From assembly GCA_902560625.1 (NCBI GenBank), contig CACEMD010000004.1, forward strand, positions 22,351 to 86,350: a stretch of DNA of 64,000 nucleotides. Reading direction: 5' to 3'. Each line of letters begins with the position of its first letter. Positions within the stretch are counted from its first letter, which is position 1. The stretch is from an uncultured Pelagibacteraceae bacterium. GTDB taxonomy: Bacteria > Pseudomonadota > Alphaproteobacteria > Pelagibacterales > Pelagibacteraceae. The notes under the pieces are model-generated. The model did not search any database. It was not told the origin of the DNA and was given only the letters and a program-made list of their open reading frames with translations. Shown piece by piece: positions 1 to 9,398 of the stretch. The translations under genes and the position numbers were made by a program.

Positions 1-1
1 A

Positions 2-823
2 AGGGATCAATTATTATTTAAATCGACTTATTTTGGTGATGATAAAGATAGGGCACTTCAAAAAGAGGATAAAAGTTGGACATATTTTGCAAGTGATACA
101 GCATATCATAATAATAAAGTTGAAAGAAAATTTGATGTGTTAATAAATATACTCGGAGCAGATCATGCAGGGTATATTAAAAGAATTACATCTGTCGTAG
201 AAGCCTTATCTGGAGAAAAGAACAAACTCATTTGCAAAGTAAGTCAGCTTGTAAAATTAATTAAAGATAACAAACCATTTAAAATGTCAAAAAGGAAAGG
301 TGATTATATTACTATTGAAGATTTAATCGAAGAAGTTGGAAAAGATGCAACTCGCTTCATAATGCTTAGTAGGAGTAGTGATGTTGAAATAGATTTTGAT
401 TTTACAAAGGTTAAAGAAAAATCGAAAGATAATCCTCTTTACTATGTACAGTATTGTTATGCAAGAATTTCATCAGTATTCAGAAATGCTCAACTAAAAT
501 TAGAAAATAATATTGTAATTGATAAATTTAATTTTAATTATTCTAAAGATGAGATTAAAATTATTAAAAAGATATCTGAGTGGCCAAAATGTATAGATAT
601 AGCAACTAACAGATTAGAACCACATAGAATACCAGTCTATTTGTATGAACTTGCATCTGATTTTCACTCATATTGGAATATGGGCAAAGATGACCAAAGT
701 AAGAGATTTTTAACAAAAGAAAATAAAATTTCCAACGAAAAAAAAGTTTTTCTAAAGGCAATTTCAAATGTTATAAAAACTGGTATGTCGATTATAGGCG
801 TGAGCACACCTGATAAAATGTAA
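2..823 (+). CDS. argS: Arginine--tRNA ligase, 5'-truncated by window edge
   Basis: Frame open from position 2 (RDQLLFKSTYFGDDKDR...TYFASD); GADH, KMSKR (KMSKS-like) and YYVQYCYAR motifs, DALR anticodon domain. Confidence 0.97.
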   Translation, partial: RDQLLFKSTYFGDDKDRALQKEDKSWTYFASDTAYHNNKVERKFDVLINILGADHAGYIKRITSVVEALSGEKNKLICKVSQLVKLIKDNKPFKMSKRKGDYITIEDLIEEVGKDATRFIMLSRSSDVEIDFDFTKVKEKSKDNPLYYVQYCYARISSVFRNAQLKLENNIVIDKFNFNYSKDEIKIIKKISEWPKCIDIATNRLEPHRIPVYLYELASDFHSYWNMGKDDQSKRFLTKENKISNEKKVFLKAISNVIKTGMSIIGVSTPDKM

Positions 824-1092
824 TGATAAAAGAAATAAAATATATTTTATTTATAGTAATTGTTTTTACTTTTATATTTTTTACTATTAAACATTATTTT
901 TCTGACGCCAATATCAAAAATTCTTTTAGATCTTTAGAATCTCATTCAATTAAAATAGATGAACAATCTAAAAAGATAAAAACTTTAAAGAATAATACAG
1001 ACAACATAATTGAGTATGTTGACAAAAATCAAAACCCTAAAGAGGAAAAATTTCACTTTTGGAAATTAATTTATAATAATGAGTCTAAATAG
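823..1092 (+). CDS. Small single-pass membrane protein, hypothetical
   Basis: 89-aa ORF, N-terminal hydrophobic helix, overlaps argS stop and nagZ start. Confidence 0.75.
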   Translation: MIKEIKYILFIVIVFTFIFFTIKHYFSDANIKNSFRSLESHSIKIDEQSKKIKTLKNNTDNIIEYVDKNQNPKEEKFHFWKLIYNNESK

Positions 1093-2032
1093 AGCTTTTA
1101 TTTGCGGTTTGAGTGGCACTAAATTAAAAAATAAAGAAATTAAATTTCTAAAAAAATATAAGCCTTGGGGTATAATCCTATTCTCAAGAAATATTAAAAA
1201 TATTAATCAAACAAAAAATTTAGTAGCAAACATCAGAGCAATATTTAAAGATAATTTATATCCTATTCTAATTGACGAAGAAGGTGGTCGTGTTTCTAGA
1301 TTAAGAAATTTTATTGAAAGTTCGAATTTAACGGCAAGTTATTTTGGTAATTTATATAAAAAAAATAAAATGAAGTTCAATCATTATTATAAAATTTACA
1401 TTGATCAAATCTCATACCTATTAAATATGTTAGGTTTAAACATAAATACCGTACCTGTTTTAGACATAAAAAGATTTAAAACATCTAGCATTATCGGAGA
1501 TCGTTCTTACTCAAGAAATAGCAAGATAGTGAGTAAAATAGGCGATATTTGTATTTCTTCGTTTCACAAAAATAATATAGCTTGCGTAATTAAACATATT
1601 CCTGGCCATGGTATTACAAATGTTGACAGTCATAAAAAATTGCCTGTTATCAATAAATCTACAGATTATTTATTTAAAAATGATTTTTTCCCTTTTAAAA
1701 AAACAAAAAGCCTTTTTGCTATGACAGCACATATTATTTTTAAAAAACAAGATCCATCAAATGTAGTCACACATTCAAAAATCATGATTAATCTTATAAG
1801 AAAAAAAATAGGATTCAAAAATATATTAATCTCAGATGATATATCAATGAAAGCTTTAAAATATAGTTTAAGCACAAATACAAAAAAAGCTTTTAAAGCA
1901 GGTTGTAATTTAGTACTTCATTGCAATGGAAACCTTTCTGAAATGATTATTGTTGGCAAAAACTCACCTTTTGTAGACAATTTTATTTTAAAAAAAACAT
2001 CACAATTTAGAGAGATTATAAGATATTATTAA
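1079..2032 (+). CDS. nagZ: Beta-N-acetylhexosaminidase (GH3)
   Basis: IDEEGGRVSR, KHIPGHG...DSH and ISDD motifs; syntenic after argS. Confidence 0.93.
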   Translation: MSLNRAFICGLSGTKLKNKEIKFLKKYKPWGIILFSRNIKNINQTKNLVANIRAIFKDNLYPILIDEEGGRVSRLRNFIESSNLTASYFGNLYKKNKMKFNHYYKIYIDQISYLLNMLGLNINTVPVLDIKRFKTSSIIGDRSYSRNSKIVSKIGDICISSFHKNNIACVIKHIPGHGITNVDSHKKLPVINKSTDYLFKNDFFPFKKTKSLFAMTAHIIFKKQDPSNVVTHSKIMINLIRKKIGFKNILISDDISMKALKYSLSTNTKKAFKAGCNLVLHCNGNLSEMIIVGKNSPFVDNFILKKTSQFREIIRYY

Positions 2033-2039
2033 TAATTAT

Positions 2040-2777
2040 ATGAGTGATTCAAATACATTTAATGTAAATTTAAATAATTTTAGTGGACCCTTAGATCTAT
2101 TATTAGATTTAGCAAAATCACAGAAAGTTAATCTTGAAAAAATATCTATTACTAAACTTGCAGACCAGTTTATAGATTTTATAAAAAATGCTAAGAACAT
2201 TAATCTTGAACTTGCTTCAGAATATTTATTAATGGCTACCTGGTTAACTTATCTTAAATCAAAATTGCTTTTACCTGAAAGTGAAGAAGATGAATTTAAA
2301 GCTCTAGAGGTAGCAGAAAAACTAAAATTACAACTTAAAAAGCTTGAATTAATTAGATTGTTGTCAGATCAAATGTTAAAAAAAAAAAGACTAGGCAAAG
2401 ATGTTTTTTTGAGAGGAATGAAGGGATCAATAAGATCAATTAATAGCTATAAATACTCGCTTTCGTTATTCGAAATTTTAAAAACTTATTCGACTGTAGT
2501 TATGACAAAAGACTTTCAAAAAATTAATATTCCAAAATTACCTGTTTTTACAACTGAAGATGGAATACAGAGAATAAAAGATTTTTTAGATAAACTTTCT
2601 AATTGGAAAAATTTAAATGAATTAATTCCAAAAAATTTTGAAAATACCAAAAAATTGAGACGATCTGGAATTGCCGGTATTTTAGCTGGCTCATTAGAAA
2701 TGGTTAAAGAGGGAAGTGTATTAATAAAACAAAATAATCTATATGATGAAATCTTTATTAAAAAAACAAATGAATAA
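2040..2777 (+). CDS. scpA: Segregation and condensation protein A
   Basis: FSGPLDLLL and SEYLLMATWL-KSKLLLP motifs. Confidence 0.93.
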   Translation: MSDSNTFNVNLNNFSGPLDLLLDLAKSQKVNLEKISITKLADQFIDFIKNAKNINLELASEYLLMATWLTYLKSKLLLPESEEDEFKALEVAEKLKLQLKKLELIRLLSDQMLKKKRLGKDVFLRGMKGSIRSINSYKYSLSLFEILKTYSTVVMTKDFQKINIPKLPVFTTEDGIQRIKDFLDKLSNWKNLNELIPKNFENTKKLRRSGIAGILAGSLEMVKEGSVLIKQNNLYDEIFIKKTNE

Positions 2778-3462
2778 ACTTAAAAAAAATAACATTGTTA
2801 ATTTCCCAAATAATTTAATTGAAGGTGAAAGAGAGGTTGAAGCAATTTTATTTGCAGCTGCTGAACCTTTAGATATTGATACTATTCAATCTAAAATTAA
2901 AAAAAACGTTAATGTTCAAAAAATTTTAGATAGATTACAAATTTTTTACTCTAAAAGAGGTATAAATTTAGTTTGTATTTCAAATAGATGGTCCTTTAGA
3001 ACTGCTCAAAATTTATCTAGCCTAATGTCACAACAAAAAACAGTAGAGAAAAAACTTTCTAAAGCAGCTATAGAAACACTTTCTATAATTGTATATCATC
3101 AGCCAGTAACCAGAGCTGAAATAGAAGATATACGTGGAGTCGCATTTGGTACTAATACTCTAGAAATTCTTATGGAGCTTAATTGGGTAAGACCCCAAGG
3201 AAGAAAAGATGTTCCTGGTAAACCTATACAGTATGCAACTACAGAGGAATTTTTAAATCATTTTAATTTACAAAAATTATCTGATTTACCTAATATTGAA
3301 GAATTAGGTACTGCTGGATTAATAGATAATACAGCTGTAGACTCAACAATATTCGGTACAGGTAAATTTTATAAGGAAAAACAGGAAGAAAAAAAGGAAA
3401 ACATCTATTCAGATATAGATGACATGCTAAGTGGTACCCTTAAATCAGATGATAAACATTAG
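2770..3462 (+). CDS. scpB: Segregation and condensation protein B
   Basis: EAILFAA, LSKAAIETLSIIVYHQPVTRAEIEDIRGV motifs; start at ATG 2770 overlapping scpA end. Confidence 0.94.
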   Translation: MNKLKKNNIVNFPNNLIEGEREVEAILFAAAEPLDIDTIQSKIKKNVNVQKILDRLQIFYSKRGINLVCISNRWSFRTAQNLSSLMSQQKTVEKKLSKAAIETLSIIVYHQPVTRAEIEDIRGVAFGTNTLEILMELNWVRPQGRKDVPGKPIQYATTEEFLNHFNLQKLSDLPNIEELGTAGLIDNTAVDSTIFGTGKFYKEKQEEKKENIYSDIDDMLSGTLKSDDKH

Positions 3463-3505
3463 AAAATATGTTACAAAAAATAAAATTTAGAGATATAATT
3501 TAATT

Positions 3506-3718
3506 ATGAGTATAGGATTTTGGCAAATTGCAATTGTAGTAATTTTAGTTGTCTTATTATTCGGAAGAGGCAAAATTTCAAGTTTAATGGGCGATGTCGC
3601 TAAAGGAATTAAAAGCTTTAAAAAGGGAATGTCCTCAGATTCAACAGATAGTCAAGATTTAAAAAATATTTCTGAAAATCAAGAATCAGATAATCAAGAT
3701 TCAAATAAAAAAGAATAA
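3506..3718 (+). CDS. tatA: Twin-arginine translocase TatA
   Basis: LLFGRGKI...[12 protein letters not shown]. Confidence 0.95.
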   Translation: MSIGFWQIAIVVILVVLLFGRGKISSLMGDVAKGIKSFKKGMSSDSTDSQDLKNISENQESDNQDSNKKE

Positions 3719-3723
3719 TTCAA

Positions 3724-3963
3724 ATGCCACAAATTGGCTGGTTTGAAATACTAATTATTGTTGCACTAGCAATCATTGTGATAGGACCAAAAGACTTTCC
3801 TTACATGTTAAAAAAAATTGGTTCATGGATAGGTTCAATTAAAAGATCAGTAAGTAGTTTTCAAAACCAAATTTCTGAACTTGGTGAAACTGATTTTTCT
3901 GAAGAAAATAAAAAAGAATCAAATAAAAATTCCGAGGATATAAGTAAAAATAAAGATGAGTAA
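3724..3963 (+). CDS. tatB: Twin-arginine translocase TatB
   Basis: GWFEILII...IVIGPKDFP; between tatA and tatC. Confidence 0.9.
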   Translation: MPQIGWFEILIIVALAIIVIGPKDFPYMLKKIGSWIGSIKRSVSSFQNQISELGETDFSEENKKESNKNSEDISKNKDE

Positions 3964-4723
3964 TGAAAACAAAGAGACCGGTTTTATAAGTCATTTAGTT
4001 GAATTAAGAAAAAGACTTATCTCATCCTTAATTTTTTTGTTTATACTTTTTGTGATTTGTTATTATTTTTCAGATTATATCTATGGTTTTCTAGTTGATC
4101 CATTTGCTGAGGCAGTTAAAAATGATAATATCGAAAGAAGATTAATTTTTACAGCACTTCAAGAAACTTTTTTAACATATCTAAAAGTGTCATTTTTTGC
4201 AGCATTTTTTATTACTTCACCATTCATTCTTATTCAAATTTGGAAATTCATTGCACCAGGATTATATGATCATGAAAAAAGTGCTATTATGCCTTATTTA
4301 GTACTGACACCAATATTATTTTTACTAGGCGGAATGCTGGTTTATTATTTAATTATGCCACTAGCTATAAAGTTTTTTTTATCATTTGAAAGTGCAGGGC
4401 TTACTACAACCTTACCTATACAGCTTGAGGCTAAAGTTAATGAATATTTGTCACTAGTAATGAAATTGATTTTTGCATTTGGGCTTAGTTTTCAGCTTCC
4501 TATAGTCTTAAGCTTATTAGCTAGAATTGGCCTTATTGATTCAAAATTTTTAAAAGAAAGGCGTAAATATGTAGTTGTTATAATATTTGCAGCAGCTGCA
4601 TTGTTAACACCACCAGATCCCATAACACAAATTGGATTAGCCATTCCTTTATTAATTTTATATGAATTATCTATATTATCTGTAAAAATTATAGAAAGTA
4701 AAATTAAAGAAAATAATGCATAA
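3956..4723 (+). CDS. tatC: Twin-arginine translocase TatC
   Basis: HLVELRKRL, FIAPGLY, TPPD motifs. Confidence 0.96.
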   Translation: MSNENKETGFISHLVELRKRLISSLIFLFILFVICYYFSDYIYGFLVDPFAEAVKNDNIERRLIFTALQETFLTYLKVSFFAAFFITSPFILIQIWKFIAPGLYDHEKSAIMPYLVLTPILFLLGGMLVYYLIMPLAIKFFLSFESAGLTTTLPIQLEAKVNEYLSLVMKLIFAFGLSFQLPIVLSLLARIGLIDSKFLKERRKYVVVIIFAAAALLTPPDPITQIGLAIPLLILYELSILSVKIIESKIKENNA

Positions 4724-5975
4724 TTTAAAAGATTTAAGAAAAAATTTTGATGTTTTTAAAAAGAAAATTCTTACAAGAAATATTAAAATTGATTTAAATG
4801 AAATTTTATTATTAGACGAAAAACATAGAAAGTTAATCCAAGAAAAAGAAACATTAGAAAAAAATAAAAAAGATATTTCAAAGTCTAAGGATAAATCTCA
4901 ATTTGAAAAGTCAAAAGAACTTAGCTTAAAAATAGAAAAATTATCGATAGACCAAGCCCTAATTAAAAGAAAATTAGATAATATTATGTCGCTTATACCC
5001 AATGTTCCACTTGATGAGGTTCCAATTGGTGATGATGAAAAATTCAATAAGGAGATAGAAAAAAAAGGAAATATAAAAACTTTTGATTTTAAGCCCAAAC
5101 CTCACCACGAGTTAGGCGATAACTTAAAAATGATGGATTTCGATTTAGCTAGCATAACAACAGGATCAAGATTTGTTTTTTTAAGAGATAAAATAGCTTT
5201 ACTTGAAAGAGCTCTTATCAATTTTATGATTGATATTCACACAATCAATAATGGCTACAGAGAAATATCACCCCCATTATTTGCATCTGAAGACACTATG
5301 TTTGGAACTGGACAATTACCTAAATTTGAAAATGATCAATTTGAGATTAAATTAGATGATAAAAATGATAGAAAATTTCTTATACCAACTGCAGAAGTAA
5401 TTTTAACTAATATCGTAAGAGAAAAAATTCTAAACCACCAAGATTTACCCATGAGATTAGTTGCTGCAACACCTTGTTTTAGAAAAGAAGCTGGAAGCTA
5501 TGGTAAAGACACTAAGGGTATGATTAGACAGCATCAATTTTACAAAGTAGAACTTGTAAGTATTGTTGAGAACCATAAATGCTCGGATGAACTTGAAAGA
5601 ATGACGGATTGTGCAACTATGATTCTTGATAAATTAAAATTACCTTATAGAAAAGTAATTCTATGTACTGGTGATATGGGATTTAGTGCTGAAAAAACTT
5701 ATGATATTGAAGTGTGGCTACCTTCAGAGAACAAATATAGAGAAATATCGTCATGCTCATCTTGTGGAAGCTTTCAAGCAAGAAGAATGAAAAGTAGATA
5801 TAAAGATAAAAATAATGAAACTTTTTTCACAGGTACTTTAAATGGCAGTGGTTTAGCAATTGGTAGAACGCTTATAGCTATACTTGAAAATTATCAGACA
5901 AATAATGGTGATATACTTGTTCCAGAAATTTTAAAACCATATATGAACAATTTACAGAAAATTAGCGCCAATTAA
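4716..5975 (+). CDS. serS: Serine--tRNA ligase
   Basis: TGQLPKF, LIPTAEV, FRKEAG, RQHQF, EISSCS, TLNGSGLA. Confidence 0.97.
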   Translation: MHNLKDLRKNFDVFKKKILTRNIKIDLNEILLLDEKHRKLIQEKETLEKNKKDISKSKDKSQFEKSKELSLKIEKLSIDQALIKRKLDNIMSLIPNVPLDEVPIGDDEKFNKEIEKKGNIKTFDFKPKPHHELGDNLKMMDFDLASITTGSRFVFLRDKIALLERALINFMIDIHTINNGYREISPPLFASEDTMFGTGQLPKFENDQFEIKLDDKNDRKFLIPTAEVILTNIVREKILNHQDLPMRLVAATPCFRKEAGSYGKDTKGMIRQHQFYKVELVSIVENHKCSDELERMTDCATMILDKLKLPYRKVILCTGDMGFSAEKTYDIEVWLPSENKYREISSCSSCGSFQARRMKSRYKDKNNETFFTGTLNGSGLAIGRTLIAILENYQTNNGDILVPEILKPYMNNLQKISAN

Positions 5976-6030
5976 AGAGTTGTCTTAACATTTTAGATAG
6001 TATAAATAATCGATCAACATAGAGATCTAT

Positions 6031-6315
6031 ATGGATGCAGGAATCGGACAATTTATACCTTTAATACTAATTTTTGTTATATTTTACTTTTTTTTAATCA
6101 GACCACAGCAAAAGAAAGTAAAGGAGCATAAATTAATGGTAGAAAGTCTTAAAAGAGGTGACAAAGTTATTACATCAGGCGGAATAATTGGAACAATTGA
6201 GAGAGTTATCGATAATGAGAAAGTTGAAGTTCAAATTTCAGATGATGTAAAAGTTGAGATAATTAGATCAACTGGAATTCAAAGCTTAGTCAGTAATATT
6301 GAACAAAAAAAATAA
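6031..6315 (+). CDS. yajC: Preprotein translocase subunit YajC
   Basis: FYFFLIRPQQKK...GDKVITSGGIIG. Confidence 0.95.
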   Translation: MDAGIGQFIPLILIFVIFYFFLIRPQQKKVKEHKLMVESLKRGDKVITSGGIIGTIERVIDNEKVEVQISDDVKVEIIRSTGIQSLVSNIEQKK

Positions 6316-6327
6316 CATTGTATTGAA

Positions 6328-7878
6328 GTGTTATACTTTTCAAAACTAAGAATTATCTCAGTAATCTTTTTTACATTAATTTTTTCTTACTTTGCATTTT
6401 CAAATTTTATAAAATTTGATGATAACTTTTTTAAGCAAAAAATTAATTTAGGATTAGATCTTAAAGGAGGCTCATACTTACTTTTAGAAATTGACAATAC
6501 ACCTGTAATAGAACAAAAATTACAAAATAAAGTTTATGAATTAAAAAAATTTTTTAATGAAAAAGCTCTAGTTGTATCTAATTTTATTGTAGAAGATCAA
6601 AATATAAAATTTAATTCATATGAAGACTTTGAAAAAGTAAATGATATTCTTAATGACAAAGAAAGCTTAATTAATCCATATTATCAAAATTTTAAGGAAC
6701 ATGAATTTGTTGTTAAAAGTGAAAATGGTAAGTTCATACTTAATTTATCTAAATATGGTTTTGTTTTATTAAAACAAAACTCTTTAGACAATGCTATTGA
6801 AATCGTTAGAAGACGTGTTGACGAAATTGGAACCAATGAACCCAATATTTTGAAAAGAGGCAGTGATAGAATTCTGGTTGAATTACCTGGTTTAGATGAT
6901 CCAGGACGTATCAAATCACTACTTGGCAAAACCGCAAATCTTACTTTTCAATTTATCACCGACAGTAAAGAGGAATCTTTTGGAACAGAAAAACTTTCTT
7001 TTGAAGATGGATCAGAAATTGCAGTAGTAAGTAAAAGAATTATAGTTAATGGAGATAACTTAGTTGATGCAGGTGTAAGAGTAGACGATACTACAAGTGA
7101 AACTGTTGTCACATTTAGTTTAGATAGAGTAGGATCTAAAAAATTTGGTAAAGCTACATCAACTGGAATAGGAAAAAGATTAGCTATTGTTTTAGATAGC
7201 AAAATTTTAAGTGCACCAGTTATCAGAGAAGCTATTGTTGGTGGTGCAGGACAGATATCTGGAGACTTTACATTCCAAACTGCTACTGATTTAGCATTAC
7301 TATTAAGGTCAGGAGCACTACCAGCTCCACTAAATATTATTGAGGAGAGAACTGTTGGACCAGATCTTGGCAAAGACTCTATTGAAGCAGGTATTATTTC
7401 ATTAATAATTGGTTTTTCATTAGTAGTAACTTTCATGCTGTATAAATATAGAGTATTTGGAATAATTGCTAATATCACATTAATAATAAACCTTTTTTTA
7501 TTAATAGGCATTCTAACCATTTTTGAAGCAACACTAACTTTACCAGGTATAGCAGGGATAATACTTACTGTTGGTATGGCAGTTGATGCTAATGTATTAA
7601 TTTTTGAGAGGATTAAAGAGGAAATTAAAAAAGAAAAGAACAGTATTATAGCCTTTGATAATGGCTATACAAAATCAAGGACAACTATTTTAGACGCAAA
7701 TATAACAACTTTAATAGCTGCAGTAATTTTGTTCTTTATGGGTTCAGGACCCATAAAAGGCTTCTCTGTTACTTTAGGAATAGGTATAATTACTACTTTG
7801 TTTAGTGTTTATTTTATAGCTAGAATGATAACATCTATTTATTTAATCAAAAATAAAAATAAAGAAAATATTATTTGA
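6328..7878 (+). CDS. secD: Protein translocase subunit SecD
   Basis: LGLDLKGG, LRSGALPA, GMAVDANVLIFERI; GTG start. Confidence 0.96.
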   Translation: MLYFSKLRIISVIFFTLIFSYFAFSNFIKFDDNFFKQKINLGLDLKGGSYLLLEIDNTPVIEQKLQNKVYELKKFFNEKALVVSNFIVEDQNIKFNSYEDFEKVNDILNDKESLINPYYQNFKEHEFVVKSENGKFILNLSKYGFVLLKQNSLDNAIEIVRRRVDEIGTNEPNILKRGSDRILVELPGLDDPGRIKSLLGKTANLTFQFITDSKEESFGTEKLSFEDGSEIAVVSKRIIVNGDNLVDAGVRVDDTTSETVVTFSLDRVGSKKFGKATSTGIGKRLAIVLDSKILSAPVIREAIVGGAGQISGDFTFQTATDLALLLRSGALPAPLNIIEERTVGPDLGKDSIEAGIISLIIGFSLVVTFMLYKYRVFGIIANITLIINLFLLIGILTIFEATLTLPGIAGIILTVGMAVDANVLIFERIKEEIKKEKNSIIAFDNGYTKSRTTILDANITTLIAAVILFFMGSGPIKGFSVTLGIGIITTLFSVYFIARMITSIYLIKNKNKENII

Positions 7879-7879
7879 T

Positions 7880-8773
7880 ATGCAAATAATTTCATTTAAC
7901 AGATATTATAAATCATTTTCTATCCTTTCAATAATTTTGATTATCCTATCAATTTGTTTATTAATTTTTAAAGGTTTAAATTTTGGAGTTGATTTTAAAG
8001 GTGGTACTTTAATTGAATTACGTACTTCAAAAAATAACTCAAATATTAAATTAATAAGAGACGCATTTAATCAAATGAATTTAGGCAATGTTAACGTTAA
8101 GCAATTCGGTAATGAAACAGATTTTATAGTTAAATTTGATAAAAAAAATTCAAATGATAGTAATTTTATTAAAAATATTAAAAATAAATTATCAAGTTCG
8201 ATTGGTAATGATTTTAACTTTAGAAGAGTAGAAAATGTAGGTCCAAAAGTAAGTAGCGAATTACTTAAGTCTGGGATAATAGCTATTGCCTTATCATTAG
8301 CAGCAATGCTTTTTTATATATGGGTGAGATTTGAATGGCAATTCAGTATTGGAGCAATACTTGCTCTATTTCATGATGTGATAATTACTCTTGGATTATT
8401 TTCATTATTCAATTTAGAAATTAATTTATCTATCGTTGCAGCTGTTTTAACCATCGTTGGATATTCTATGAATGATACCGTTGTAATTTATGATAGAGTA
8501 AGAGAAAATCTTAAAAAACACGCTAATATTAAAATATTTGATCTTACTAATATTTCAATTAATGAGACTTTATCAAGAACCGTCATTACATCGGCAACTA
8601 CACTATTAGCATTAATATCTATTTATGTGTTTGGTGGAGAAATTTTAAAAGGTTTTTCATTTGCAATGATTTTAGGTGTTATCTTTGGAACGTATTCATC
8701 AATTTATATTGCTAATCCTTTATTAGTAACATTAAAAGTTTCACAAAAGACTATTATTAAAGAAGATAATTAA
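7880..8773 (+). CDS. secF: Protein translocase subunit SecF
   Basis: GVDFKGG, GYSMNDTVVIYDRVRE. Confidence 0.96.
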   Translation: MQIISFNRYYKSFSILSIILIILSICLLIFKGLNFGVDFKGGTLIELRTSKNNSNIKLIRDAFNQMNLGNVNVKQFGNETDFIVKFDKKNSNDSNFIKNIKNKLSSSIGNDFNFRRVENVGPKVSSELLKSGIIAIALSLAAMLFYIWVRFEWQFSIGAILALFHDVIITLGLFSLFNLEINLSIVAAVLTIVGYSMNDTVVIYDRVRENLKKHANIKIFDLTNISINETLSRTVITSATTLLALISIYVFGGEILKGFSFAMILGVIFGTYSSIYIANPLLVTLKVSQKTIIKEDN

Positions 8774-9372
8774 TATAAATTTTGTGCTGCAACCATGGTT
8801 AGCAGCATTGGTAATGATAAAAGTGTATTTGTTCTTGAAAACAACATAGCTGTTTTTGCAGATTTAGCTTTTTTTTCAGGATCACATTCAACTATTCCTA
8901 AAGCCCTTTTTTGATTTGGCCATATAACAAACCATACATTAAATGCCATAATTAGCCCTAACCACATACCTATACCAATAGCAGTATTCCTTCCACCGCC
9001 TGATCCAATACCCAAGGTCATAGATTCATGCAAATACCCATTTAAGTATGCAAGTATCAATCCAGTTACAATTGTAGCAAAAGCACCCCATCTAAAATAA
9101 AAAAGAGCTGCTGGAGCAATTACTTTCCCAATTGCTGGTTTTTGCTCATCAGGAATTTTTGACATATTGGGTATTTGAACAAAATTAAAATACCATAAAA
9201 GACCTATCCACATTATTGCAACCACAACATGTATATACCTCAATAACCAACTCCAAAAAATTCTGTCAATATCAAAACCACCATTTGCATAGAATAGGCC
9301 CAAAAACAAAATAACTGTAATTGCAAGCGATAAATGAACGGTTTTAGATAAAGATTGTAAGAAATTAGCCAT
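8770..9372 (-). CDS. PuuD/Urate_ox_N-like integral membrane protein (no cytochrome c domain)
   Basis: RYIHVVVAIMWIGLLWYFNFVQ and FNVWFVIWPNQK motifs; multi-TM. Confidence 0.7.
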   Translation of the reverse strand: MANFLQSLSKTVHLSLAITVILFLGLFYANGGFDIDRIFWSWLLRYIHVVVAIMWIGLLWYFNFVQIPNMSKIPDEQKPAIGKVIAPAALFYFRWGAFATIVTGLILAYLNGYLHESMTLGIGSGGGRNTAIGIGMWLGLIMAFNVWFVIWPNQKRALGIVECDPEKKAKSAKTAMLFSRTNTLLSLPMLLTMVAAQNLY

Positions 9373-9398
9373 AAATAATTTTATACTAAATTAATGAG

